A DNA stretch of 64,000 nucleotides, taken from NCBI RefSeq assembly GCF_021869535.1, contig NW_026262712.1, positions 53,072,001-53,136,000 on the forward strand, given 5' to 3'. Numbering within the stretch: the first letter of the stretch is position 1; each line of letters opens with the position of its first letter. This document shows, one piece after another, positions 49,154 to 62,398 of the stretch. This DNA comes from Mytilus californianus (taxonomy: Eukaryota). Both the position numbers and the translations under genes were made by a program. A model generated the notes under the pieces. That model was not told where the DNA came from, did no database searches, and worked only from the letters and a program-made list of their open reading frames with translations.

Positions 49154-51488
49154 GTAAGGCATTGATGAATTTATTTGTTTTGCATTTTCTTTTTTTTCTC
49201 TCGAAAATTTCATCCTGAGTGGTAATAGGATATGACCCAAACACCAGAGACGTCAAGTCATATGAGAATGCAGAAAGTCTCATACGACGGACAAATGCAA
49301 ACACCATACCGCAAAAATCTTGTCTATAAAATCTCGCCGGGTATAAATAAAAATAAGGAGTTTGGTATGAAGGCCAATGAATAATTTTACATCAAAGACC
49401 AAAAGGGCGAAGATATGAACAACTTCAGGTCACTGTACGACCTTCAACAAAGTACAAAATCAACACCGCTAGCATTACGATATAAAAGAAACCGGGATGT
49501 CAAAATGTGAAATAATTCAAAAGGGAAAACTAACTGCATGCATGCTTATGCTAAAAAAATAATAAACAAAACACAATTATGACAGACAGCAATCACAAAC
49601 AATTACTGGATTACAGGTTCCTGGCTTGGAATATGCACATACTTGATGTGTAGGGTAAAGTAGTGTAATAGAACAGCAATAAAAAAATGTAAAACTCATT
49701 TGAAAAGGAGCACAACTCACCGAATCAGTATGAGCACACATAAAAAACTAAAATATGACAAAAGACACATAGTACCGACTTAAGATTACTCGCAGTTACT
49801 GAAATAGGTCAAAGGCAAATATCACTTAAAAAATAAAACAGGTCTCCTGACCTGAATGACCTCCAATGGATTAAGAGTACAAACGTAAAAAGCGGCAGTA
49901 TGAGAAAAGTGTGACCTTGTACAATGCAAATATATTAGTATCGCCAAGATACAGGACCATATGTGTTAAAATTGGTTAGCAGTATATTTTTATATTATAT
50001 ATTTTTTTCTCCCCACCTTTGCTATTCTTTGTCATTTATTCAATTGATATGATATTAGTTGATGTAATTTCGTATTAATTATGTATTAATATTTCATATT
50101 AAATATGAACTTTTATGTCAAATGTTTTATTTGCAAAATGTATTTTTTGCATTTTATGATTTTAAATAAATGACCTTTTTTCGTCAGTTTAGTTTTTATA
50201 TCATATAGCAAATCAAGCTCAGACTCTGGCCTGTGTATACATAGTATGTTTATTATGGCGTACGGAAAGGGTCAAAAGTAAAAAGAGGTGCATAAGCTAT
50301 AAAATATAGCTTATGCTGCTTTGTAGCATAAGCTATATTTGACGTCCCAAAAGGGTCAATATATATTTGTCTGGTTATGCTGCATTTTTATCGCATATGC
50401 TATATCACAAACATTGACTATGCAATATTTTTAAATTGTAGCATATGCTGTACTATTTCAAACACATCATTAAAGGGTCAAAACTCGAAAGTAGCATAGG
50501 CTGTATAATTTATTTTGATTAGACTGTATATCTTACTGTTGGAAGGCGTGTTTAACGAATCTAGTCAATTATCATCACTAAAGTCTCCGCCCTTTTTTAT
50601 CAGTACTTATAGAAATGAAATGTATAATGCGATCATTTGAAAACAAAAAAAACTTTTTTAATGATCAAGTCCGAGTTTATTGAAAAACAAATCATTTTTT
50701 AATATTATTACATTTTATATATTCATATGTTTTGCCTGGTATATAATTAGTGGATTTTATCACACTGGCATCGGGTCACTAATTTTAAAACAAGTGGAAT
50801 TGGAAACGCGGCATAAATGAACAATAATTTTCTTATATCATCTCTGTCTCGGGTGATGTATTAATTATGTACCCAGCAGAGCCTTTTCGCTAACAAATAT
50901 TCACATGTACGTCCCTGCCGTGGCATTTAAGGGCATATCCAACAATTTATTTCTGACGGTGAGAATTTTTCCCTTTAAGATATATAGGCTATTTTTTACC
51001 TGCATAAATCAAATATGTAATAAAAAATATACCTTCATGTGCTACTTTTTGAGTAAAATGAGGTCAAAATTTCAGATATTTGTTCAAAATTCGGATTTGT
51101 GGACGTATTTTTCCTCCCGACAGATGTGCATAACTTTTTTGTTTTAAAAGATAAACAGATAAACACAAGCTGTTTTTTTGTTAAATTATTTATAAGTTCT
51201 CTTTTATATAAGTATCCTATAAATTTATGAAATATTTTGTTTAGAAATAACTAAAAGGACAAGGTACGATAAGCATCAGAGAACGGCCCCCGATTTCGAT
51301 TCAAATTAAAAGTGATATGCCATAAATTATAGTACTATATTTTTAAAGTTTAAAACCTATATTTTTGTAAACATCAATAGATCTGTCAACTTTCAGCTGA
51401 TATTATTCATGCTTTGTTGCTGTAAACACCTCAAGATTCGCGAAAACGGCAGATAAATGGCAGTTTCTAAATGTTTTTCTGCATTTTA

Positions 51489-51597
51489 AACTATGAGCGT
51501 ACCTACGGCCCACGATAATATTTAAACCTAACATTCCTTGAATATAAATGTTGATGCAGTTCAAATATCTTAGTGGGCCGTAGGTACGCTCATAGTT
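51489..51597. mobile_element. 109-bp MITE-like hairpin with perfect 25-bp TIRs
   Basis: aactatgagcgtacctacggcccac (51489-51513) and gtgggccgtaggtacgctcatagtt (51573-51597). Confidence 0.8.
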
Positions 51598-53384
51598 AAA
51601 AATTAATAAAAGGTGAAAAAAAATCGTCAGTTTTCATTGAATCATCGAAATATTTAAACAAACTGCGGACCGGAGATGATTTCCGGTATTCACTGGATTC
51701 GACAAAAAGACTTTTCTTCGTGCTAAAATGGCTAGTTTTTTATGACAAATTTTACATCTACGAGAAAGGAACACAGAATATTCCTGTATTTATTATTGTA
51801 TGAATTTAAAGTGAGATTATAGCAGATTGTCGGGGTTTGACACAAATCAGAAGAAACTGTGACAAACTGCAGAGAAATTTTGGGAATGTAAATCACTAAC
51901 TGAAACCAAAGTTATTAAATAACTGGTTCATGCTCAAACAGTTCCTTTTTGACTAAATTTCAATATTTGGAACACTGTGACACAGACGTTGATTGGCATG
52001 TCGAAGCATACATATCGTTTTTTTTGTAGCGTAAAAACTGCACAGATTTGTTAAACATGTTATCCATGGAATGGTGTATTCTAAACAAAAACAAGTTTTG
52101 ACTATATATTCTATACTCAACAGATTGATAATGGCAATGAATGGTGTCAACATTAAATGTTAGTACAACTTTACCCGTCAGAAACTTGTATTTTGTTTTA
52201 TAAATGACGAAATCGTGGCCCTGGAATCTATTAATCTCCGTTGACGCTTTTGTGAAAAGTCCTTTCTTTCACGTCTTTCAAGATCAAACAAAACTATCCA
52301 ACACTATTGCGAAATCATATTGTGTAATTGTTTTACCATGATATTTATAAAAAGAAGATGTGGTATGATTGCTAATGAGACAACTCTTGACAAGTGACCA
52401 AATGACACATAAATAAATTAACAACTATAAGTCACCGTACGGCCCTCAACTATGAGTAAAGCCCATACCGTATAGTCAGCTATAAAAGTCCCCAAAATGA
52501 CAAATGTAAAACAATTCAAACGAGAAAACTAACGGCATAGTTGATGTACAAAAAATGAACGAAAAACAAATATGTAACACAGTAACAAACGACAACCACT
52601 GAATAACAGGCTCCTGACTTGGGACAGGCACATACATACAGAATGTGGCGGTGTTGAACATGTTAGCGGGATCCCAACACTCCCCCTAACCTGGAACAGT
52701 GGAGTAACAGTACAACATAAGAACGAACTATAAAAATCAGTTTAAAAAGGCTTAACTCATCAGATGGATACAAATAGAAATACATCTAACAAAAACACAG
52801 AGTGCATGGATTTGTTTGTATTTATTGGACTTATGATTTGTAATTGTCCCCCGCCTCCCCGCTGCTCTTTCAAGTTCAACGACAACGCGTGCAACTTCGT
52901 ATTTCTTGTCTGAAAATTGTTCTCTACATTACATTCAATCAATCATATCTCCTCTTAATTTGCAGTACTATAATGACTTTAAACATACTTAAATAAATAA
53001 AAATGGTTATTTTTTTAATCAGATATTCATACGTCAAAGAAAAGAAAAAAAAACGAATATTGAATATCAAAGGAAAAAAATGCATCATAGTCAAAGATAT
53101 CATGCTAGTAATTTTGTATGTGTGTTTCGTGTACAAAAGGTCGATTAAAAAAGTCATTAGATCATAAAAGGCCCAAGATTCCGGAACGTGTTGCCAAATA
53201 CAGATCAGGTTATCTATTCCTGAATATAAAATTCGTAGTTTGTCAAACAATTCAAAGTTTTACTCAACAGTTTATTTATTAATTTGACCATATCAATGAT
53301 AATTCATGTTTACACAGAAGTGCTGACTACTGGACATCGTGTTAATGCATGGGTTGTTTGTGTCACTATTTTTAATGTGCTGAC

Positions 53385-53580
53385 ATATCACCCTAACTGG
53401 ACACTATATATTCTGACTCCGACCCAACTAGTCTTTGATCTTGCCCCTTAATGTCACGTGATACGGAAAATCAGCAAATACCAATTTTAAAGTCTTTGGT
53501 TTGACCCGGCCGGGGTCAGAACCCATGACATCTGACACTCGAGTGAAGACGCCTCCACAAGACAACCGAGGCAACGTTTG
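53385..53580 (-). mobile_element. Degenerate tRNA-derived SINE
   Basis: The minus strand shows a tRNA-like head (...catgggttctgaccccggccgggtcaaaccaaagactttaaaattggtatttgctg), matching a recalled mollusc SINE body. Confidence 0.65.
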
Positions 53581-54883
53581 TCTCACGAGTTTAACGCTGG
53601 GTGAGAAAATGACTAACCCAGCGAAAATGTGCACCTAAATGTGCATGTTGTTTTAAAAGATGAATATTTAATATTCTCAAATTAACTACAATAGACAAAT
53701 GTGATTATAAGTATTTAATATTTCAAACTTGGAAAAAATTGGACATTAAAACATTGAAACGTCTCTTTCACATGCGTGTGACACACATGTGAAAAAATTG
53801 GAAGTATCATTTAGTAAATGTTCAGATCAATAGGTCTAAGTATAGTATTGAATGCTTCTTTAAGTAATTTCATAGGGTTGTACATGTATTAGCGTTGACC
53901 GCGCTTCATACAAAATGTAATTCGGTCAACCCTTTGAATTTACACAAAGAAGCATTCAATTCTTAAATAAAATTTTCAAAACCTGATAATAAAATTATCA
54001 AGACTGTTGAAGACATTGTCCAAATAATCCTTGAACTTTTGGCTAAGGCCGAAACACGAACAGATATGCCAGTGACAAAAAAGTACGTACATGCAGCAGG
54101 AGAATTTGATTTCAGCTTTAAAGTGGGACTAAGTTCATAATTTAATGAAACATTTTTTTAAAGTTTTTAAAAATATTCACTGGCTATAGTACTGCTCTTA
54201 ATAAGACATTTACAGGAACATTTTGGGGACTACTCTTCAGCTGCCGACGCCAAGTTCTTAATTTGAACAAGAAATATAGAAAAGAGTCTTAACGGGCTAT
54301 TCCTTAAATTAATTCTAGAAAAATTGCATCCAGGAAACTTACTTTCTATTTTGAAGTGCTACCAAAATCTACGTTTTATCATACATAATTCTATAGTTTT
54401 TGGAAATATTCAGAGCTCTCTGTAACATCCATAGACAAATAAAGAACACAAAAAAACCAGAACAGAATGAATTAACTATTTCCTTGAAAATCGGCACAAG
54501 CAATAAAACAGAATTTCAGCTTTAGAGCGAGAGCAAGAGGTCATAATTCTATATAACACAATTTTGAAGTTTTTAGCCGGACAGAATCCAGAAACATGGG
54601 GAAAAATTAATATATCTCATAAGTGAAAAAGTTCGTGTATGTTTTGTTATAATAAAACACCCATGCAACAACGCATCCCATATTGCATGATAGGACCCGA
54701 CACTACTTTTATTTAGTGTTTCGGCAGTTAAGCTTGGGATGGTCATTTTAAGATGCATTATTTGAATATAATCAAATATGAAAGTTATTCATGTATATAT
54801 TGATATATTTATATTTTAATTCTTCTTCAATAGATCTAGTTATTATGACAGATCTGCCATCATCAGGGTTCCAACTGTCAATT

Positions 54884-55520
54884 TTATGTTAAAGTCTTTA
54901 ACTTTGATCTACTAAGCATATCTCCAACACTCTTGTGTTTGCTATACGCAACAATTGGTGCTGTATTGAATATTTGTACACAATCTTCGTCTAACTGTAA
55001 TAAATGCCCGTGTTTCATAATACGTTTCTTTATTTTACGTATATATGGATTATATCTAGTTATTAAAACTAATGGAATATTTTGTTTTTCTTTTGATTTG
55101 TTTTGTTGTAGTAATTCAGTACTGTGAATTGATAAAGCATCAGTAATACCATAGATGTATAAACCCACATCTATGGTAATACTATCATCTATTTCCACGT
55201 TATCATAACCCCTATCTAATAATTTCACTTTGAAATTAGTTAGTTTGTTTATTAATTTGTTATGGTCACTTGTGTTTCTAATTTGCCGTATTGCTTCACC
55301 TTTAATAAATCCTCTGAATACATGCTGTGAGTGACAGCTATATCTGTGCAGAAACAGATAAGAATTGGTTTCTTTAAAATGTAGTCAAGGTCAAGCATGC
55401 CATGTGTTGTAAATCTTTGACCTTTGATTACATCAACATCTAAGAACGACATTTTATCGTTTGAGATTTCATATGTGAACTTTAATAAGGGTTATAATTA
55501 TTTGCTAGACGAAACGAATC
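54884..55520 (-). mobile_element. Penelope-like retroelement RT C-terminal remnant
   Basis: LKFTYEISNDKMSFLDV..KGQRF...G.LD, then after a frameshift HRYSCHSQHVFRGFIKGEAIR, then LLDRGY...IPLVLITRYNP...IF...PIVAYSKHKSVGDMLSRSKL. Confidence 0.8.
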
Positions 55521-57229
55521 TATAATTTAATCTAGATATGCAGATCTGATTAACTTTCATAACTTTGCTACTGCAAAAATATTTTGTCATTGTTCATTAA
55601 TTTTAACTAAACAAATGATTAACTACGCAAAAATTACTCCAAGTACAGTACTTGTCTGTACTTCTACAAGGAGGGCTAATATTTAAAAAGATACCAAAGG
55701 AACAATCAAATTCAAAGGTCGAAAACAAACCGACACAGCCATGGCGAAAAACGAAAACCGACGAGAAGACAAACAGCAGCCAACATATCACAGCATAGAA
55801 AACAAAAAACTTAGCAACACGAAACCCATTTAAAAACTGGGATGATCTCAGATGCACCGGAAGGAAATTAGATCCCGCATTTTGGCCACGGAGGATTTTT
55901 TTTCAAATATGAAAGTAATTGTGCAAAAACAATCTTTTTTAGAAAGCCTTCAAAGTTTGTTTATATGAACATCAAGATTATTTTTCACTCGTTTTATGGG
56001 TTATTTTCTTTTTGACAGTCCGTATTTTCCTTAGATCCAGAAATTTTTGTAGTACAAAATGTATATGTTTCAACACAGGGAGAAAATTTCGCACCCGGTG
56101 GCGGGCTACATCTGGCCCCTAAAAGAAAATGTGTACTAATTCATTGAAGAGGCCCCTGACTTGGGAGAGGCACAAACATGCAGCGGGGCCAAATGTTTAC
56201 AAAATTTTTTTTTCACACGATCTTTTTGACGCAACTTTACAAAAAAATGAGACGAAAGTCAAATGATTTTTATTTGATCTCTTGAAGGATATATGTCAAC
56301 AGTTTGAGAAAAGGTATCACTCCAAGGAATTGAAATTTCAACTTTTGACCAAATTTTGAGGAAATGTGTGACACCTTTACACCACTTTTAGCAAAAACAT
56401 GTAGGCTTATACGTCAAAAATACATTCTAGCTTTAACCTTTCAACTTCTGGATATCAAATCTATACAAAATACTGATTACATACATATACACAAATATGA
56501 CACAAACAGTAGGCTTAATTTGTAAGAAAGGAAAGAAAAGGGGCTGGTAAAATTTATGTGTATTGTTATATAACATAAGTACCAATCTGAGGACAAATCT
56601 CATTTCATGATGTCATTTTCAAGAAAAGAGCAACAAAAGCTACCATAACATATCAGCTTCCTACTCTACTGTGAGGACTATTTTATAAACATTTGGGGTC
56701 TTCTTTGTTGAACTCCTGCAAGTCTTTCATTTTGCCCATACAGCTGTCATCGTGTCGACCTCTGTCTCACCTAGATTCTTTGGCGCACGTTGCTGTCTAC
56801 GACTTTTTGTTCGTCTTCTACGCCCTTTTCAAGGTACTTCACAGCTATTAACCTGACATTCTGGAGGACTAACCACATTGCCTACAAATCCAACTGTTTT
56901 ATTTCGACGTAGATATCTTAAATGTCTGATTTTACTCAGACCTTCTGTAAACTACTGAATCTAACCAAATGAATTAAATAGAGAATGTGTCCATGGGACA
57001 CAAATAATGGCCCGCTTGCATATATATATAGAGCATTATAAAGGGTCATTACTCAAAATCGATAAAAGTGACGCCATCCAAATTAGCACATGATCTGTGT
57101 TTTATGGTAATAAGCATTGTGTATACGTGTCATAACATTTGGTTGGGGCAAAATTTAGAGAGAAGGGAAACTAACTGATTGGACGTACACGTGTACGGAC
57201 GGACAAGGTTAACACTTAATGCCCCCATT

Positions 57230-57425
57230 TTCTGATTGCCATTTCTTCCAGCGGAGGAAGTTGAGGACGGTTTTGCTGACGATATAATGTCAGATGTTCC
57301 TGATAATAAAAAAATGAAATAAATTTGGCGACTACATAAAAGAAATTTACGTAACTAGTGAGTTGAAATTTCAGTGTGGACGATTGTGTCTAATGAAGTA
57401 ACAAATCGTACCAACAATGGTCCAG
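57230..57425 (+). mobile_element. MULE (Mutator) transposase remnant
   Basis: Frameshifted LPFLPAEEVEDGFADDIMSDVPD / KFGDYIKEIYVT / SVWT...RTNNGP, resembling the MULE DDE C-terminal FLP..EV...F, F.DY...Y, W, RTNN..E pattern. Confidence 0.6.
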
Positions 57426-58787
57426 TCTTTTTACAGCTATTACCACATGTATTATACCCATCGCTATCGCTCGGAAATAATCCAATATAAATGCCCAACC
57501 CATTGTAAAATGAAAAAAATCTATACGGCTGCCACAAATTATTTCTTAAATATAAGAATTGAAAATGTGGTATGCAAACTATGTTCTTAACAAATATGAT
57601 AGACAACCACCAACATGTTATCTCATTTTCCTAAAAAAAAAAAAATCATAAAAATCCATAAAATTCAGGTTATTCTCACAATAAAAACTCAGGTGAAAAC
57701 TCAGGTGAATTACAGGTAGATTCGCGCAAGCGTATTAATACAATTTCTTCGCGCAAACGAAATGCTTGTCATTTTGAATTTCGCGCAAATGGAGTTCGCT
57801 CGTATAATACGTTTACGGTCGCGCAATCAAAATCCCAAAACAAGTTATTTTATACATATAAAGTACCAACGGGATTATATGTTTATGTACGTTACAATGT
57901 ATTCGGCGTAAGATGCTTAACAAATATAAGAAAAACTGCAGTCGCACTATATATCATGACACCAAATATCGAAACGTAGCATCACACAAAATAACTCTTT
58001 TGATAATAGCAAAAAAAAAACCTTAAAAAAAACCCAAATGGTATTGTCATATAAACTATTTGCATATATATGTAAGACTCATCTATCTCTAATCGACGGC
58101 CGTTCCTCAAATCGACGTTCAAATCCGACGACATTAAAATAACATGCCAAATCGACGGCCAATTTTATACCCCACTAATCGACGTCTTTTTTGTTGTTCT
58201 CAAATCGACGTCCACTTTTTAGCTTCTCTAATCGACGTACGCTTTATTGATTTGTGCAATGACGTCATAACTTTATCAAATGACCGATGTTTATACAGGT
58301 TGTGATATCAATTTTAAATGTAACAGATTATATAAAACTAAGGAGATTTGGTATGATTGCCAACGGGTCAATTATGCAATAGAGTACAAATGAAGTGGAT
58401 GTAAGCAATTATAGACAACCGTACGGCCTTCAACAATAAGAAAACCCATTCCGTAAAGTCGGCTATGAAAGGCAACGACATGTAAAATGTAAACAATTCA
58501 AACTAGCAAACAAACGGTCTTATTTATAACAAAACAATTCAGAAAAACAAATATGACAGGCATAAACCAACGACAACCACTGAACTACCGGTGTTATATA
58601 GACATTCTTCCCCCATGCCAGTTCCCCCCCCCCCCCCCCCGGGAAAACTATCATGATCCAATTTTACCCCCGGGGAAATGTTGTATCATTGCCATTCTTC
58701 CCCCAGCGAAAAATTGGCAATACGTATACATATAGTCACTTTTCCCCCATGCAAATCTTTCCCCCACAGTATAGATTTCACTATATA

Positions 58788-58951
58788 CAGTCAAACCTGT
58801 TTTAAGAGACCATTTATGGGATAGCAAAAAAGTGGTCTCTTGATAAAGGTTCGATATTTATGAAATGTACTATACAGAGGGATCTAAAATCGGTGGTCTT
58901 TTAACACAGTTGTTTGCTTAATACAGGTGGTCTCTTAAGCAGGGTTGACTG
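58788..58951. mobile_element. pogo/Tigger-type MITE (164 bp)
   Basis: TA|cagtcaaacctg...ttaagagacca and tggtctcttaagcagggttgactg|TA. Confidence 0.85.
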
Positions 58952-59019
58952 TATGTCTAAAAATTAAAATCAGTGTTAGACATAGATTTTTATGTTGACA
59001 AATTTTTTGCCCATTTACA

Positions 59020-59790
59020 TTTACACAAGTCTGTCTACATTCTCATCGGTCCGTCTATGTGTCAACAAGTCTGTCTTCATGTTCACCTGTCTATCTACAT
59101 GTTTACAAGTCTGACTATGTCCACTAGTCCGTCTACATTTTCACCATTCTGTCTATGTGTCCACTCGACTAGTCTGTGTCTACATGTTCAAAAGTGTGAC
59201 TACATATTAACCAGTCCTTCTTTGTGTCTTCTATTCTGTCTACATGTCCAACAGTCTGTCTCTGTGTTAACTATAGTCTATTAACATGTTTACCATTCTG
59301 TGTATGTGTCCACCAGTCTGCCTTCATGTCCAACAGTCTGTCGACATGGATATCAATCGGTCTATATGTCTACCAAGCTGTGTCTACATGTCCAACAGTC
59401 TGTCGACATGGCTATCAGTCGTTTTATATGTCTAACAATCTGTGTGTACATGTCCAACAGTCTGTCGACACGGCTATCAGTCGGTCTATATGTCTACCAA
59501 GCTGTGTCTACATGTCCAACAGTCTGTCGACATGGCTATCAGTCGGTCTATATGTCTACCAAGCTGTGTCTACATGTCCTACAGTCTGTCGACATGGCCA
59601 TCAATCGGTCTATATGTCTACCAAGCTGTGTCTACATGTCCAACAGTCTGTCGACATGACTATCAGTCGGTCTATATGTTTACCAAGCTGTGTCTACATG
59701 TCCAACAGTCTGTCGACATGGCTATCAGTCGGTCTATATGTCTACCAAGCTGTGTCTACATGTGCATCAGTCTGCTACATGTCCACCAGT
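59020..59790 (+). repeat. Satellite array: degenerate ~20-bp monomers grading into a 62-bp three-subunit higher-order repeat (~7 copies)
   Basis: Unit acatgtccaacagtctgtcg-acatggctatcagtcggtct-atatgtctaccaagctgtgtct, with starts at 59386, 59448 and 59510 (62-bp spacing). It explains the overlapping repetitive ORFs 59224-59823. Confidence 0.93.
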
Positions 59791-61889
59791 CTGTGTATGT
59801 ATAGAAAAGAAGATTTGGTATGACTGCTAATGAGAAACTCTCCAGAAGAGATCAAATGATCGACACAGAAATTAATAGCCATAGGTCACCGTACGTCCTT
59901 CAACAATGAGCAAATCCCATACCGCATAATCAGCTATAAAAGGTCCCAAAGTCACAAATGTAAAACAATTCAAACGAGAAAACTAAAAGCCTAATTAATG
60001 TACAAAAACGATCGAAAAACAAATATGTAACACAGCAGTCTGCCAATAGACACAGCTTGGTAGACATAATGACCGACTGGTAGACATGTAACCTTGTGCT
60101 GTTTTCTGCTCTTTGTTGGATGGTTGTCTCTTTGACACATTCCCCATTTCCGTTCTCAATTTTGTTGTTTTCAAGATAGAAAAAGGCATAACTTTATATA
60201 AATACAAACAAAAAACAATATCCCAACTTCTAATTACGTAGGTTTTCTGTCTCTGCACGGGTTTCTCATCGTTGTTTTTTTTAATTTTTTATTTAACTAT
60301 TCCTTACTGGCAATTCTTGTTTGCGTTCAAATGCCAAACAGTTTTCGTTGGGGTTCATTATAAGCCAAGGAAAATTTTAATATGTATCGCCAAAAACAAT
60401 TCACGTTGCAATTTTAGTTTTTTCTGACAACAGGCTAGTATAACTAGTAAACCTGTATTTCAATGATGCAATTAAAGCATCAAAATTAAAAAGCCTACTT
60501 ATATCCGGTTGACAAACTGTCGTTTCACAACCATAATAAATATACATGTTTTCGCATTTAATGTCTGTCTCTGCATGATTGGTGTCCTTTTTTATATGGA
60601 ATGTAGCATTGTTTCATAGATATATATCTCGTTAGTAGTTATTTCGTTATTAAAGAACAACCCGTCTGGAAGAATATAGTCATATTAGTTGAAATTGGCT
60701 TTGACATAGCTTTCGGTAAATGAGTGTGCTCCTATTTCGGTGCTTTTTTTGTAAGTTAATTGTTTATTAAAAAAACACTTATACTCCCATAATATGAACC
60801 TATGGCTTACAAACATTACACATGATATACATATAATACAGTAACGCAATGAAAATGAACAATATTGTAACCCGTACCTCTAAAGTTTTAGTGAAGCAAA
60901 TTGTAATTGATATTTTACAGTTTTTTCCTATTGTGTGCTGTCCTAGGTTGGAGCTTTTTTGTAATTTTTTTGGGGGGATGGGGTGTCGAGCGCCCACGAA
61001 TATGTTTAATCCCGCCACATTCTGTATTCGCCATTCCCATGTTAGGTGCTTGTAGTACAGTGGTTGTTGTTGGTTCGTTTTGTTTTCGTAAACTATTTTG
61101 TTTTAATAATTAGGCCATTAGTTTTCTCGTTTGAATTGTTTCACATTTTTATTGCCTGGGCATTTTATAGCCGACTATATGGTATGGGATTTTCTCATTG
61201 TTGAAAGCCGTACGGTGGCCTCTAGTTACTTATTGCCACGTCAGTTTAATACGTTGGATATTTGTCTCATTTATGCTGGATAGAGTCGACCCTGTGCACG
61301 TTTAGGGCATGCGGGATCTTTTTGTAGATCTTGTACAGCTACAACTGATGGGGTAGATATCTGCATTCGATTGACGTAGTTTCTGGTAATTCCTGTACCT
61401 CCACGTCTCCCATGCTGGTTTGAGCGGGTATACCGATAACCACTGGGTTTGATGATGTTTCATCCGTATCGGACTTCTTCTGAAAGAAAGCTTTCAGGCG
61501 GCGAGTATTTTTCTCTGTCCAGCTTTCGATGTGTTCTTTTTCTTTGTCATCTCTCTTTTAGTTGTTATCTTTCCTAATGGCGGCCATCTAACTGGTAGAG
61601 TGTACTGGCCATTCCTCCTGGTTAAAGACCAGTCGGCAGTTGTACTTCCTTGTACAGCTAGTACATGTACCGATGTGACATAATTGGGTAGAGATAGAGT
61701 AGGTTCTTTGCATGATTCATATGAAGTCATTTTACCATACTAGTATTACGAGACATCATAAACATGTCTGTCCAGGGGAATGTCTTCTTACTGACCTGAA
61801 GTGATGTAACTAATTGTATTCGTCTAGTCATATGATACTAAGGGTTCACGAATGAAAATGGATGTGATCACCACATAAGAATGTGCTTC

Positions 61890-61926
<37 letters not shown>

Positions 61927-62279
61927 TATTCTGATATCAAATGTATATTAATACGCCAAAGGTTCGGTACCGCTAAACTAATCAAAAGAAGTTACTATTA
62001 TTTTTGGATTTCTAACTGACATCGCCGATGTTAATAATTTACAAGGGGGAAAAATTAGCTTCTCGTTCTATTCGGGGGGGGGGGGGGGGGGGATTGGCCT
62101 GATCCTGGTTTGTACCCCCTTTCCCATCACGCTGAGGGGGAAAAAGTAGGATCATGCCAATTTTTCCTGGGGGAACTAGATCGATCCAGTTCTACCGCCC
62201 GGAAAAAAGTATGGGGGAAGAATAGCAATAGGACACCGGCACATAAAGAATTTGGCGAAATTCAACATGTGTGTGAGGG

Positions 62280-62398
62280 GGTACGCCCGACAGTCCGATG
62301 CCTCTTTAGTCCGACTGTTCAATAGTCCGACGGTTCGAAAGTCCGACAGTTAAATATTCCGACAGTTCGATAGTCTGACAGTTCGATAATCCGACAGG
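62280..62398 (+). repeat. 16-bp tandem repeat (agtccgacagttcgat)n, probably a transposon subterminal array
   Basis: About 6 degenerate copies following ggggtacgcccgacag. Confidence 0.75.

Noticed and set aside
56690-56870. Arg-rich minus-strand peptide (KGRRRRTKSRRQQRAP) as a protamine-like exon
   Set aside because: Flanked by stops, too short, and no recognisable family.
59224-59823. Three overlapping Cys/Ser/Val-rich ORFs (up to 199 aa)
   Set aside because: By-products of the 62-bp satellite; open in several frames, with no splice or signal context.
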